Shown piece by piece: positions 8,743-18,266 of a stretch of 64,000 nt of DNA. The position numbers were made by a program, and so were the translations under genes. How positions within the stretch are numbered: the stretch's first letter is position 1; each line of letters opens with the position of its first letter. Where the stretch lies: positions 11,323-75,322 of the forward strand of contig CAZBWM010000012.1 of the NCBI GenBank assembly GCA_964495375.1, in the 5' to 3' direction. This stretch comes from an uncultured Planctomycetaceae bacterium (GTDB lineage: Bacteria > Planctomycetota > Planctomycetia > Pirellulales > JAEUIK01). Below the pieces are notes generated by a model that saw only the letters and a list, made by a program, of their open reading frames with translations, made no database searches and had not been told where the DNA came from.

Positions 8743-11700
8743 TTATTCCAACCCGAAGGCGCCGGCGACGGGGACTCGCATGCCGCGGGCCCGGCTGGTC
8801 GGCAGGAAGCGTGGTTCGACCATCAGTGTCGCACCGACGTTGTTCTTGCTGGCGTCGACCGTCACGCCCAGGCTCATCAAGAACGACTCGCCGACGCGGG
8901 TCAGCGTGAAGTTCTGGCCGATGTTGCGGCCGCGCAGGTCGAGCGAGGTGCCGGCCGACGACAGCCACTTCGGGCTCAGTAGATAGCTATACGAGGCGGT
9001 GAGCACGTCGGCATCGAAGGCTTGCAAGGCACCCGGCACATTCGGTCCGCGCAGCATGCGGAGGCCGACATACAAATTGCCGCGCGGCGGGCGGGTCAGG
9101 AAGCCACCGATCGACACGAGCTGCTGCCCTTGCGTGAAGAAGTCGAAGATGCCGTCAGACACCAGGCTGAAGCGATCCCCCAGGTTCCAGCGCCAGTCGT
9201 AGTTCAACAGACCGAACGGCTCGCCGAAGTTGTCGCGGCCGGGGTTCGGGTACCAGACCACGTCGGCGTCCAAGAGCATCCAGTCGATGATCCGCCGCTG
9301 GCCGGGCAGGCCGCGTTTGGTTTGCAAGCGCTGGTGCAACCCGAAGCGGCCGGCGGCGATCGTGTCGGCGATTTCCAGGCTGGGGCTGGTGACGTTGCTC
9401 GCCAGACCGTAGCGCACGGCGTATAGCCGCTCGTCAAACTGTGGCGGAATGAAGAACGGTGATGCGGGGTTCACCGCCGCGGGCGGAATGTCGAACGTGG
9501 TGTCGATGAAGCGCCGGCGGAAGAGCAGGATATTGTTGTCGTCGATCCGTTCGTACAGCGGCAACTCGGTCACGTCCTGGCTGCTGTCGGCCACGGAGAA
9601 ATCGGTCTCGAACGAAAGCTTGTGCGCCAGACCGTGAACGTTGAACAACGTGCTCTCGACGTTGGGGTTCGAGTTCCAGAAGGGGAGCGCGGCCCGCACG
9701 CCTGCCTGGCCGTACAGCCGGTTGAAGTTCGACTGATTGAGCGAGGCTCCCCAGTGCGCGGCTTCGCCCAAACCATAGGGGACGACCTTGACGGGCCCAA
9801 GGTTCAGCGGCAGGTCGATCTCTTGGCGCGAGATGAGGCGCTCGCCGCGGCGTGGCTCTTCCCAAGGGAGGGTGTGCCACTGGTCGGCGTCGTTGGGGTC
9901 GGTGGGTGGGGCCGAGATGCGTAGCTGGCCGTAGGCCGCGGTCGAGTGTTCATACCAGGTGAGCCAGTCACCCAACAGCGGCTGGCCAAGCCAGTAGTGG
10001 TCGACTTTCGGCAGCCAGTTAGGTTCGGTGAAGAACGGATTGACGCGGACGTCGGTCTCGAGGTTCAGCGAGCGGTTGTTGCGCAGCCGCTTGAGCTCCA
10101 GGCCGGTCGACTCGTCTTTGAATTCGTCCCATTCCTTCTCGTAATACTGTTCAAGGAAGTTGAAGTCGCTGATGTAGCCCGCTTCGCCGGTCAACTGCCA
10201 ATCCCCGAAGAGAATCTGCCGGTGCCGCAGCAGGGCCCGACCGCGCTCGGGGTGCGGGAAGGTAATCGTGCGGCGATTCAGACCAAGGTTGTCGATCCCC
10301 TTGTCGTAGATACCCCAGACGTCGATCAAGCCCGACGAGGGACCAGGCAGGCCGAACAAGTTCTGGCGGTTATAGAAGAACGACGTGCCGCCGGCCGGGC
10401 CGCGCTCGCTGAAGTAGTCGCCGTTCAACAACCACTCAGTTCCCTCTGGCTTGTTACGGATGCCGAGCATCTGGTAGCCGTCGAAACTGGTGAGCAACTG
10501 AGTGCCAAAGATGCGGTCGTTGCGGAATAGGATTCTCTTCAGGTAGTAGCTCGGCTCGGTCAGGTCGGTGGCCAAGGTGGGCCAGTAGAAGACCGGCACG
10601 GGGCCGAGGAAGGCAACGTTATTGCGACTCGTGGCCAGCCGCTGGTGTTCGACCATCGGCTCCCCGGTCTCGGGATTGAGCATCACGGCGCCGCTGGCCG
10701 GATCGACCAACGGGCGCTGCAGGTCTTCGACCACGATCTGGCCAGCCTGCAAGCGATAACCGGGCGAGGCCAGACGGCTTGAGGTCAAATAGCTTTGCTC
10801 GGCGACGAAGCGGTCGCGGCCGGTGATCTTCAGAATCTCCGACTTGAGCTTGAGCATGCCGGCGTACTCGGGCACCGGAGTGAGCAGTTCGGCCTTGATG
10901 ACCACACCGTGCTCATTGGGCACGTTGTAGTACATGCGATCGGCGTAGACGACGCGGTCTCCCTCGCGGAAGACGATGTTCCCTTCGACGTACAGCTCGA
11001 GCGGCACATCGTCGGACTGCAGTGTCTCGGCTAGCAGGTTTGGTTCGGCCGCGCCGACGGTCCAAACCACGACGCGATCGGCCGCGATGTCGAGTACGCC
11101 GACGCCCGGCAGCCCATCGATCAACACGCGGACGCCGTTGTCGATGGTGCCGATCCACTCGGTCCCCGTCGAGCTGGGGAACCACTTGATCCGCATCGGC
11201 ACGGTGCTGCGCGGGGAGATCCGCACGCGACGCGGCGTGTTCGGCGGGGCGCCACCAGCCAGCGGCACTGCAGGGCCGGGGCCGGGCGGCGGGGCGGCGG
11301 TTGGCGCGGGGGGAATGCCCGGGGGACCAGGCCCTGGCGTAACGATGTCGCCGCCAGCCCGCATGTCATCGACAGCGGGGAGCGGCATCGCACCGCTGGG
11401 GGAGGGGCCCGTTACCGGCATCGGCGGTTCGGCACTCGGCTGACTGAACTGCGCTTGCTTGATTCCCTTCCAGGGCTTCGGCGTGCGACGCGCGTAACCG
11501 CGCAGATAGACCGGCGGCTTCTGCTCGGGCTCGACCCGCGGCGGTGGCGTATCGAAGCGCAACGTGCGCGACGACACGAACTCGCCGAGCCAACTGGCCG
11601 ATTTAACCTCGGCGCGCCCCTCGCTGTCGACGAACTCGATCGCGACGTGCCCTTCGAGATAAGTGATCACACGGCTGAAGCGCTGGCCGCTGGGCCCTTC

Positions 11701-11949
11701 TTCTTGTGAGATCCAGAGCACGGCTTCTTCGGCTTTGGCGACGGTTTGGCCCTGTTTGAGCACGCACTCACCGAAGAGCACCCAGACATCGTAGGCGCCT
11801 TGCACCCAGCGTTGGGCTCCGCGCGCGGTGATCGACAGCGGCTCGCGCGTGTCGGGGGTGGGCAACAGCACGTCGGCTCGCGCGCGATTGGTTGGTAATG
11901 CGAGACCGGTCGCGAGCAGGAGGAGCATAAGCGCGAGTTGTCGTAGCAC
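8743..11949 (-). CDS. lptD: LptD/OstA-like outer-membrane LPS-assembly protein
   Basis: ORF 8743..12246. Likely start GTG 11949 (or ATG 11928), giving the signal peptide LRQLALMLLLLATGLALPTNRARA. Two OstA-like segments (ITARGAQRW..GECVLKQGQTVAKAEEAVLW; LYVEGNIVFREGDRVVYADRMYY), then NNVAFLGPVPVFYWP and a long beta-barrel-like C-terminus with a Pro-rich insert. Confidence 0.65.
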   Translation of the reverse strand: MLRQLALMLLLLATGLALPTNRARADVLLPTPDTREPLSITARGAQRWVQGAYDVWVLFGECVLKQGQTVAKAEEAVLWISQEEGPSGQRFSRVITYLEGHVAIEFVDSEGRAEVKSASWLGEFVSSRTLRFDTPPPRVEPEQKPPVYLRGYARRTPKPWKGIKQAQFSQPSAEPPMPVTGPSPSGAMPLPAVDDMRAGGDIVTPGPGPPGIPPAPTAAPPPGPGPAVPLAGGAPPNTPRRVRISPRSTVPMRIKWFPSSTGTEWIGTIDNGVRVLIDGLPGVGVLDIAADRVVVWTVGAAEPNLLAETLQSDDVPLELYVEGNIVFREGDRVVYADRMYYNVPNEHGVVIKAELLTPVPEYAGMLKLKSEILKITGRDRFVAEQSYLTSSRLASPGYRLQAGQIVVEDLQRPLVDPASGAVMLNPETGEPMVEHQRLATSRNNVAFLGPVPVFYWPTLATDLTEPSYYLKRILFRNDRIFGTQLLTSFDGYQMLGIRNKPEGTEWLLNGDYFSERGPAGGTSFFYNRQNLFGLPGPSSGLIDVWGIYDKGIDNLGLNRRTITFPHPERGRALLRHRQILFGDWQLTGEAGYISDFNFLEQYYEKEWDEFKDESTGLELKRLRNNRSLNLETDVRVNPFFTEPNWLPKVDHYWLGQPLLGDWLTWYEHSTAAYGQLRISAPPTDPNDADQWHTLPWEEPRRGERLISRQEIDLPLNLGPVKVVPYGLGEAAHWGASLNQSNFNRLYGQAGVRAALPFWNSNPNVESTLFNVHGLAHKLSFETDFSVADSSQDVTELPLYERIDDNNILLFRRRFIDTTFDIPPAAVNPASPFFIPPQFDERLYAVRYGLASNVTSPSLEIADTIAAGRFGLHQRLQTKRGLPGQRRIIDWMLLDADVVWYPNPGRDNFGEPFGLLNYDWRWNLGDRFSLVSDGIFDFFTQGQQLVSIGGFLTRPPRGNLYVGLRMLRGPNVPGALQAFDADVLTASYSYLLSPKWLSSAGTSLDLRGRNIGQNFTLTRVGESFLMSLGVTVDASKNNVGATLMVEPRFLPTSRARGMRVPVAGAFGLE

Positions 11950-12194
11950 GGGCTTCCAGCCTGTGACGCCAACACGGCCAGGGTGGCGGTGCCACGTGCG
12001 TGCGTGATCGCATGAGTCGGCGCGCGAAGGCGCAGAGCGACCGTTCGCGCAACAGGCGCGCGGCAGCGCGTGCATCGGCAGCACCGACCTCAAGCTCAGC
12101 AGAAAAACATTCCTTCTGTCGCGCGGAGCAGGGCGTAACGAGACGCTGACGGCGTCGTCGCAACGCGAAGGGGATAAGACCTTTAAGACAAGAA

Positions 12195-12218
12195 ATCCGC
12201 ACCCCGCGCGGGGTCGGA
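12195..12218 (-). terminator. possible terminator hairpin downstream of the GT39 gene
   Basis: atccgcaccccgcgcggggtcggat forms an approximately 11-bp GC stem with one bulge. On the minus strand it is followed by ttcttgtctt. The U-tract is weak. Confidence 0.3.
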
Positions 12219-12296
12219 TAATAAGACGCCGCGCCCGCAGGGTCAAGGCAAGTTCCGCGTGCGGAATCTCGATTCAAGTGCCGCTTGTTCGGTTAC

Positions 12297-13781
12297 TTAC
12301 GCGCGATCGCTAGCAGCCGTATCGCGGGACAGCAAGCGACCCGCGCCAGCAGCCGCCAAGAGCGCGACGACTGGCATCGCGGGGGCGCGCATTCGCAGGT
12401 CGCTCCAATAAACACTGTGAACTACCGAAAGCACCACGACCAAGAGCGCGCCCGCTAGCCAGGCCCCCCGGTTGGGGCCTCTTGCCGCGCCGGCCAATCC
12501 GATGGCGGCCAACGCAAACTCAGCAAGATACCAACTCGCAATCAGCCAGCGTGTGCTGGCACGCTCGAGCCGCGAGGCGTGGCCGCCGGTGTGCGCGGTC
12601 GCGTGGGGGGAAAAACTCCAGAAGCGGCCGAGCCGCACACCGGTCGCGCGGGCGAAGCCAGCGGGGTCGGCCCGCATGGTTTCGAGGGCCAACAGACGTG
12701 CGAGCCGATCTTCATCGACTTCGTTCTCGATGCCAGCGGCCTGCTTGCGGGCGAGCCAATCGTCGACGAACTCGCGCGAGTCCCAGACGGTTCCCCAAGC
12801 GCCGTTACGCGTCCAATCGTAGAAGCGCTGGTTGTTGGCCAACAGCAGCGTATAGCCGCCGTGCGTGGTAGTGACAATCGGCCGGCCAAATTGACTCCAG
12901 TTGCGGACGGCCCAAGGGGCAAGCGCGAGGGCTGAGGCGGCGGCAACCGTCGCGACGCAACCGAACTGTCGCGTACGCGTGGCTGACCAGAGTAGCCAAA
13001 CGAGCAGCAGTGCTACCCAGGGGAGAAACGTCGGCCGGCAGAGCATGGCGAGACCAAGCGAGAGACCGAGAGCCGTAGCCTGAAGTCTTGGACGCGGCGA
13101 TGCCGTCGTGAATTCGCGGCGATTCCTTCCGCTTGATACTTCGAGAAACGCAGCGAACAACGACCAGGCCACCACGGCCAGCAAGGTCGCTAGGGTTTCC
13201 GTCATCAACTGCGCCGATTGGTGGACGAGCAGCGGATCGCAGGCCACGAGCGCGGCGGCCAACAGCGACCAGCGGCCCAGCCCCCGGCGCCACCCCAAGC
13301 GCGCGACCAACTGCACCGTCAGCGCACCACAGATGACTTGCGTGAGCCCGACCAGAAACACGAACGTGCGGTACGCGTTTGCGGTCGGCAGGTGTTCGGC
13401 GATCCAGAGCAGCTTGGCCAGCAATAGCGGATAGAGCGGCGGGCGCCAGGCAGTGGGGCGACCGTCGCGCAGAAAATCTCCGTGATCCAGCAGCGACTGG
13501 GCGATCGCGCGATAACCGTCGGTATCGTGACGGAGTCCATCGGCTAGATACCAAACCGCCGCACCGCGCACGGCAATTGCCAGCACCGCGATATTCAGCA
13601 CAGTGATCGCCGACAGCGCCACGATCTGGCGACGACGACTGGCGGGCACGCCGCTCGACGGTTGGGGCAAATCCACGCGGTGGCCTGACACTGGTTGGGG
13701 CGGTTGGTCGCGGCGGCGGGCGCGTGTAAAATGCCGACCGCCCGCCGCCGGTTTTTCGATTATCCGCTCGACCACCCGCAC
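12297..13781 (-). CDS. ArnT/PMT-like (GT39/GT83-type) membrane glycosyltransferase
   Basis: Polytopic membrane protein. DTDGYRAIAQSLLDHGDFLRDGRPTAWRPPLYPLLLA is typical of dolichyl-phosphate-mannose/ArnT-like transferases. The ORF start GTG 13781 lies only 9 nt from the divergent MMPL start, so an internal start (e.g. GTG 13649, MPASRRRQIVAL..) is more likely. Confidence 0.6.
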   Translation of the reverse strand: MRVVERIIEKPAAGGRHFTRARRRDQPPQPVSGHRVDLPQPSSGVPASRRRQIVALSAITVLNIAVLAIAVRGAAVWYLADGLRHDTDGYRAIAQSLLDHGDFLRDGRPTAWRPPLYPLLLAKLLWIAEHLPTANAYRTFVFLVGLTQVICGALTVQLVARLGWRRGLGRWSLLAAALVACDPLLVHQSAQLMTETLATLLAVVAWSLFAAFLEVSSGRNRREFTTASPRPRLQATALGLSLGLAMLCRPTFLPWVALLLVWLLWSATRTRQFGCVATVAAASALALAPWAVRNWSQFGRPIVTTTHGGYTLLLANNQRFYDWTRNGAWGTVWDSREFVDDWLARKQAAGIENEVDEDRLARLLALETMRADPAGFARATGVRLGRFWSFSPHATAHTGGHASRLERASTRWLIASWYLAEFALAAIGLAGAARGPNRGAWLAGALLVVVLSVVHSVYWSDLRMRAPAMPVVALLAAAGAGRLLSRDTAASDRA

Positions 13782-13790
13782 CCGCCACCC

Positions 13791-16043
13791 ATGCCGCTGA
13801 CGACTATTTCCGAGCGCATCACCGCGGGGTTGATCCGTTGGCGAATGCCGCTATTGGCGACGGCGGTCGTCGCCACGCTGCTGTCGGTGCGGCCGGCCGG
13901 GCGGTTGGGTTTCGATCGTTCGGTCGAAAACATGTTCGCCCCTGACGATCCGCTGATGGTCCCGTACCAACAGCTCAAGCGGACGTTCGGCGGCAACGAG
14001 ATCGCGTTGGCCGCCTACGTCGACGAGGACCTGCTGACGACGGGAGGGCTCGCGCGGCTCGGCGATTTGACGACAGCGCTGGCCGGCGTGTCCGGCGTGC
14101 AAAACGTGCTCAGCTTGTCGGCGGTGCCGTTCGTGGCCGAGTTCTTGGACAAGCCCAACCAGTTGCAACCGCTGTTGGATGTGTTCGAGGGCTATCTGAT
14201 CAGCAAAGACCGGCGCACGGCAGCCGTGGTCTGCATGCTGGCCCCCGAAGAGGATTCGAACAAACGAACCGAAACCGTCAGCCTGCTACGCGAGCACGTC
14301 GCCGAGCATGACCCCACGGGTGTGTTGACCGGCGAGCCGGTGATGGTGTGCGAGGGCTTTCGTTCATTAGAAGAAGATGGCGAGCTCTTGGGGCGCGTGT
14401 CGACGGCGCTGTTGATGCTGACGATTGTGCTCTGTTTTCGCAGCTTGCGCTGGGTGATCGCGCCGGTGGCCGTGGTCGTCGCGGCCCTTTGGATGACCAA
14501 GGCTGTGCTCGTGCTAGGTGGCTTTCACCTCAGCATGGTCAGCAGCATGCTGTGGTCGATCATCACGGTGATCGGCGTGGCCCACGTGGTCCATATCATC
14601 GTCAAGTTTCGCGAGGAGCGCGAAAAAGGGACGACGCCACGCAGCGCGTTCTTGGCCTGCGGCAGCATGCTGACCGTGCCGATCATCTGGGTCTGTTTGA
14701 CCGACACCGCTGGCTTCGCGTCGCTGCTGGCCGCCAAGGTGGGGCCGGTGCAGGATTTTGGCGCGATGATGGCGATCGGCTCGGTGCTGGTGCTGCTGTG
14801 TATCGCGCTGGTACTGCCGGGCATTGCGCTGTTGGGCAAGTTCGACGCCGATCCGCATCGTGCCTGGGGCGAAGAGAATCTCGATCGTGGATTGCACGAC
14901 ATCGTCTACTGGCTCGAGCGGCGGCCGCGCACCGTCGGTTTCACGGCCCTGGCGTTTATCGCCGTGTCGCTGATTGGATATCGCTGGCTGGAGGTCGAAA
15001 CCGACTTCACGAAGAATTTTCGCGCGTCGAGCCCGGTGGTCAAAAGCTACCAGTTTGTGGAGACCAACCTGGGGGGAGCCGGCGTGTGGGACATCTTTCT
15101 GCCGATGCCGGCCCAAGTCGACGCGGCATTCTTCCAGCGCGTGGGGGCGCTCGAAGACGACTTGCGCAGCCAGGTGCGCGTGCTCAATGAACAGGGCGAA
15201 ACAGTGCCGGGCCTGACCAAGGTGCTCAGCGTGGTCGACACGCTCGACGCGATGCGCAAGAGTTTCACCGCGGCGCTGGCCGGCTCGAATTTGTCGCTAG
15301 AGACGATGCTGCCGGTCGACGAGTTGTTGAGCCAGTTCCGCACGACGATGCCCGGCGCGCACGGCGCGCTGGTGGGGCGCGATCCGGTTGATGGAAAGCA
15401 GTACCTGCGGATCATGCTGCGCGCCCGCGAGCGCCAGCCGTCGGCCCAGAAGAACGTGCTGATTTCCCAGGTGCGCGAGGTGTGCGCCAAGCACTTTGGC
15501 GAGGAAGCCCGCGTGACCGGCTTCTTCGTGCTGTTGACGAACCTGATCGACAGCATGATCCGCGACCAGTGGGTGTCGTTCTTGATCGCCACGTCGTCGA
15601 TCTGGCTGATGATGGTCGTGGCCTTCCGCAGCGTGCCGCTGGCGGTGATCGCCATGATCCCCAACGCGCTGCCGATCATGGTGGTGTCGGGGTTGATGGG
15701 CTGGCTGGACGTGCGGATCAACATGGGAGCGGCCATGATCGCGGCCGTGTCGATGGGGCTGGCCGTCGATTCGTCGATTCACTACATCTACGAATTCCTC
15801 GACGCGCGGCGCGACGGGCTCGGCGTCTACGCGGCGATCGACCGGGTACACCAGAGCGCCGGCCGGGCGATGGTCTTCTCGACGTTGTCGCTGGTCGTCG
15901 GCTTCAGCGCGTTGGTGTTCAGCCAGTTCGTGCCGCTGATTTACTTTGGCGTGCTGATGGGGCTATCGATGATCGGCGGCATGCTGGGCAACTTGATTTT
16001 GTTGCCGCTGCTCTTGCGATTGTGGTCGGGCGAGCGGTTTTAG
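13791..16043 (+). CDS. MMPL/RND-superfamily exporter (two 6-TM SSD-like bundles)
   Basis: ATG 13791 (MPLTTISERI..) in frame within ORF 13695..16043. Two repeated TM bundles with large periplasmic loops. Motifs LLMLTIVLCFRS and SFLIATSSIWLMMVVAFRS are typical of the MMPL/HpnN-like family. Confidence 0.8.
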   Translation: MPLTTISERITAGLIRWRMPLLATAVVATLLSVRPAGRLGFDRSVENMFAPDDPLMVPYQQLKRTFGGNEIALAAYVDEDLLTTGGLARLGDLTTALAGVSGVQNVLSLSAVPFVAEFLDKPNQLQPLLDVFEGYLISKDRRTAAVVCMLAPEEDSNKRTETVSLLREHVAEHDPTGVLTGEPVMVCEGFRSLEEDGELLGRVSTALLMLTIVLCFRSLRWVIAPVAVVVAALWMTKAVLVLGGFHLSMVSSMLWSIITVIGVAHVVHIIVKFREEREKGTTPRSAFLACGSMLTVPIIWVCLTDTAGFASLLAAKVGPVQDFGAMMAIGSVLVLLCIALVLPGIALLGKFDADPHRAWGEENLDRGLHDIVYWLERRPRTVGFTALAFIAVSLIGYRWLEVETDFTKNFRASSPVVKSYQFVETNLGGAGVWDIFLPMPAQVDAAFFQRVGALEDDLRSQVRVLNEQGETVPGLTKVLSVVDTLDAMRKSFTAALAGSNLSLETMLPVDELLSQFRTTMPGAHGALVGRDPVDGKQYLRIMLRARERQPSAQKNVLISQVREVCAKHFGEEARVTGFFVLLTNLIDSMIRDQWVSFLIATSSIWLMMVVAFRSVPLAVIAMIPNALPIMVVSGLMGWLDVRINMGAAMIAAVSMGLAVDSSIHYIYEFLDARRDGLGVYAAIDRVHQSAGRAMVFSTLSLVVGFSALVFSQFVPLIYFGVLMGLSMIGGMLGNLILLPLLLRLWSGERF

Positions 16044-16163
16044 AGTTCGCTCGCGGCGAGCAGCATTTCGCGCGACGTGCTCTCACTCAAGCCCAGGGCA
16101 CAGGCGCGACCGACTCTGCGCCAATGCCTGACGTTGCCGCCATGCCCTGGGAGGCGGCTACAT

Positions 16164-17885
16164 TCAACTTCCCGATCCGTTTGCCGGCCGCGGCGGGGCG
16201 GCCGGCGCTGTTTGTGCAGCAGGCTTGCGCGGCGCGGGACGCGGAACCGTTGGACTGGCTACAGGAGTTGCCGGCGGGTTGGCCACCGGCGCGGCGCTTG
16301 GCTGCCGGGGGCGTTGCGGCGCGGTGGGAGTCGCGGGCTCGTTGGTCGGACTGGCGGCCGCGCCCCCACCAACCGGCATCAAGAAGTTCAGCTTCTCTTG
16401 CCCCATGTTGGTCCAGAAGGTGCCGGGCCCGCTGTGGAACAGCCGCAGTTGCACGTTGGGGTTGAGCTGGTCGGCGAGTGAGTAGCGAAGGAAAGCGTCA
16501 GCGTCGTTCTGAAATGCCGCCAGCGTGAGCGGGAAGAGCGTGTTGTCGGCCGTTTCACGGAGCTTGACGACGGTGGCCTCGGCCTCGCCCAACAGTTGCG
16601 TGCGCTGGGCGTCGAGCTGCGCGATCTTGGCGCCGTAGTCGGCCTTGATTTTCTCGATCTCAGCCTCGACGCCGGTGCCGAGGTTTTCGACGTCGCGATC
16701 GAGCTCAGCCACCATGCGACGGGTTTCGGCTTCGACCTCGGCCACGCGTTGCTTGATCAACTGCTGCTCACGTTCGACGTCGGCCTCGCTTTGGGCGGTC
16801 GCCTCTTTGGCCTTGTTGGTGCGCTCGGTTTCGGCGGCGATCTGTTTATCGCGAATCGGCTGCAGGTAGTTTTCGGGGATGACGATATTGCGAATGAACG
16901 CCGAATGGACGGTGACGTTCTTCACCTTGCAAACGCGCGTCAACTCGTCGGTGAACTCGGTTTGAAAGCGCTCGCGCTTCGAGCCTTCGAGAAAATCTTG
17001 CACGCCGTAGTCGATGCCCTTGTCGCGGCCGATGGCGTGGGCTTGCACGTCGACCACGTTCTGTTCGATCCGCTCGCGGGCACCGTACTCGGCCACCAGG
17101 TTCGGCATGTCGCTGGGCAAAATCTCCCATTCGATCGTGCAGTCCATGCTGATCTGAAAACCACCCCGGCTGGTGAACGTAATGGCGGTATTCTGCTGGG
17201 GATCCTGGTCGTAGCGGAAGGTCGTCTGGAAGATGCCCACCTTGGTCGGCAGCACTTCGTATTCGCGGGTGTTGAGGTAATACAACCCCGGCTCGAGCAC
17301 CTGGGGAACGATCCCCTGGTGCGCCGGAGATTCAGCGAAGCGGCCCTGGCTGGGTAGCCCCAATTTGCGGCGTAGCACGCCGACAAAACCGGCCGGAATA
17401 TCGACGGCGTCGACCAACTCGACGTCGTAGCCATGTTGATTGATGCGGTAAGTGCCCGGCGGCAGCACGTCGCGACGGATGCCCCGCTCTTTGTCGCTGA
17501 TCGCCAGCACGCGCCCCGGCGGTAGCGGTTTGCCACCTTTCGCGGTGACGACGCCAACCTTGCCGGCCGGCACGGTGAGATTGTCTTCGAGTTCCCAGGT
17601 ATAGAGGATCGGCATCACGAAGTGCCAACCCTCGCCTTGCACTTCGCGGAGCACGCCTTTCTGGCCGCGCTCAGCAAGAACTTCATCGGCCGGAAGCTGC
17701 GCGCCTTCTTTGGCCACGATTACGAGATGCTTGCCCTGCGGCACGTAGGCAAAGAACTCGTTCCAGGCGAGCAAGAACAAGACCAACAGCGAGAAGGTAA
17801 GCACCGCCAGCACGATCAAGCGCCGCCGCCAAATCTTGAAATTGAAGGAGCGGCCGCGGGCGGAGAAGTCAAATGCCTGACTCAT
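16164..17885 (-). CDS. SPFH (band 7/flotillin-like) domain membrane protein with coiled coil and Pro/Ala-rich tail
   Basis: N-terminal TM LIVLAVLTFSLLVLFLLAW. SPFH core (GKHLVIVAKEG..GWHFVMPILY; ITFTSRGGFQISMDCTIEWEI..; VTVHSAFIRNIVIPENYLQPIRDKQIAAE). Long coiled coil. Paralogous to 18267..20120. Confidence 0.75.
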   Translation of the reverse strand: MSQAFDFSARGRSFNFKIWRRRLIVLAVLTFSLLVLFLLAWNEFFAYVPQGKHLVIVAKEGAQLPADEVLAERGQKGVLREVQGEGWHFVMPILYTWELEDNLTVPAGKVGVVTAKGGKPLPPGRVLAISDKERGIRRDVLPPGTYRINQHGYDVELVDAVDIPAGFVGVLRRKLGLPSQGRFAESPAHQGIVPQVLEPGLYYLNTREYEVLPTKVGIFQTTFRYDQDPQQNTAITFTSRGGFQISMDCTIEWEILPSDMPNLVAEYGARERIEQNVVDVQAHAIGRDKGIDYGVQDFLEGSKRERFQTEFTDELTRVCKVKNVTVHSAFIRNIVIPENYLQPIRDKQIAAETERTNKAKEATAQSEADVEREQQLIKQRVAEVEAETRRMVAELDRDVENLGTGVEAEIEKIKADYGAKIAQLDAQRTQLLGEAEATVVKLRETADNTLFPLTLAAFQNDADAFLRYSLADQLNPNVQLRLFHSGPGTFWTNMGQEKLNFLMPVGGGAAASPTNEPATPTAPQRPRQPSAAPVANPPATPVASPTVPRPAPRKPAAQTAPAAPPRPANGSGS

Positions 17886-17920
17886 GGAAGTTCGATCCGT
17901 AAAGGGTTGGATGCGTTCTA

Positions 17921-18215
17921 GGTCTAGTGGTTAGCCTGCGGTGAGCTTGTCGAACCGTGGCGAGTGGTCAGCCTGCGGCCCTCGGTCGGATCCCCAGGTC
18001 GGTCGCCTGATCTGTTACTCCACTGCTCGCGGCCACAGGCCTCTTCAATAAAGTTGCCCGGGAATTTGCGTCCGGGTGCGTCCGGGTGACTTGATGTGCG
18101 ACGATAAATCAAATGGATGCAACACCTTAGGGCGACAGGTGTCCGCCCAATTTTGCGTCCGGGTGATCGTCCGGCTTGCGTCCGGGTCCTAGGGTTTGCG
18201 TCCGGGTGGCGGGGC
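17921..18215. repeat. intergenic element A: array of TTGCGTCC-GGGTG direct repeats, paralogous to 26976-27230
   Basis: TTGCGTCCGGGTG at 18066, 18153 and 18196. TTGCGTCCGGGTC at 18176. CGTCCGGGTG at 18079. CGTCCGG at 18168. Shares ACTCCACTGCTC (18017-18028) and the lead-in CTCTTCAATAAAGTTGCCCGGGAATTTGCGTCC with element B. Confidence 0.7.
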
Positions 18216-18266
18216 CGTGGCTTGACTCGAGTGCAAACGTATTCTCTGACCAATCGCCACGACTCA

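Noticed and set aside
18066-18208. Possible CRISPR array (also 27094-27225)
   Set aside because: The repeat unit is only 10-13 nt and the spacings are irregular (0-64 nt), with no spacer-like unique segments of constant length. There are no cas genes in the window.
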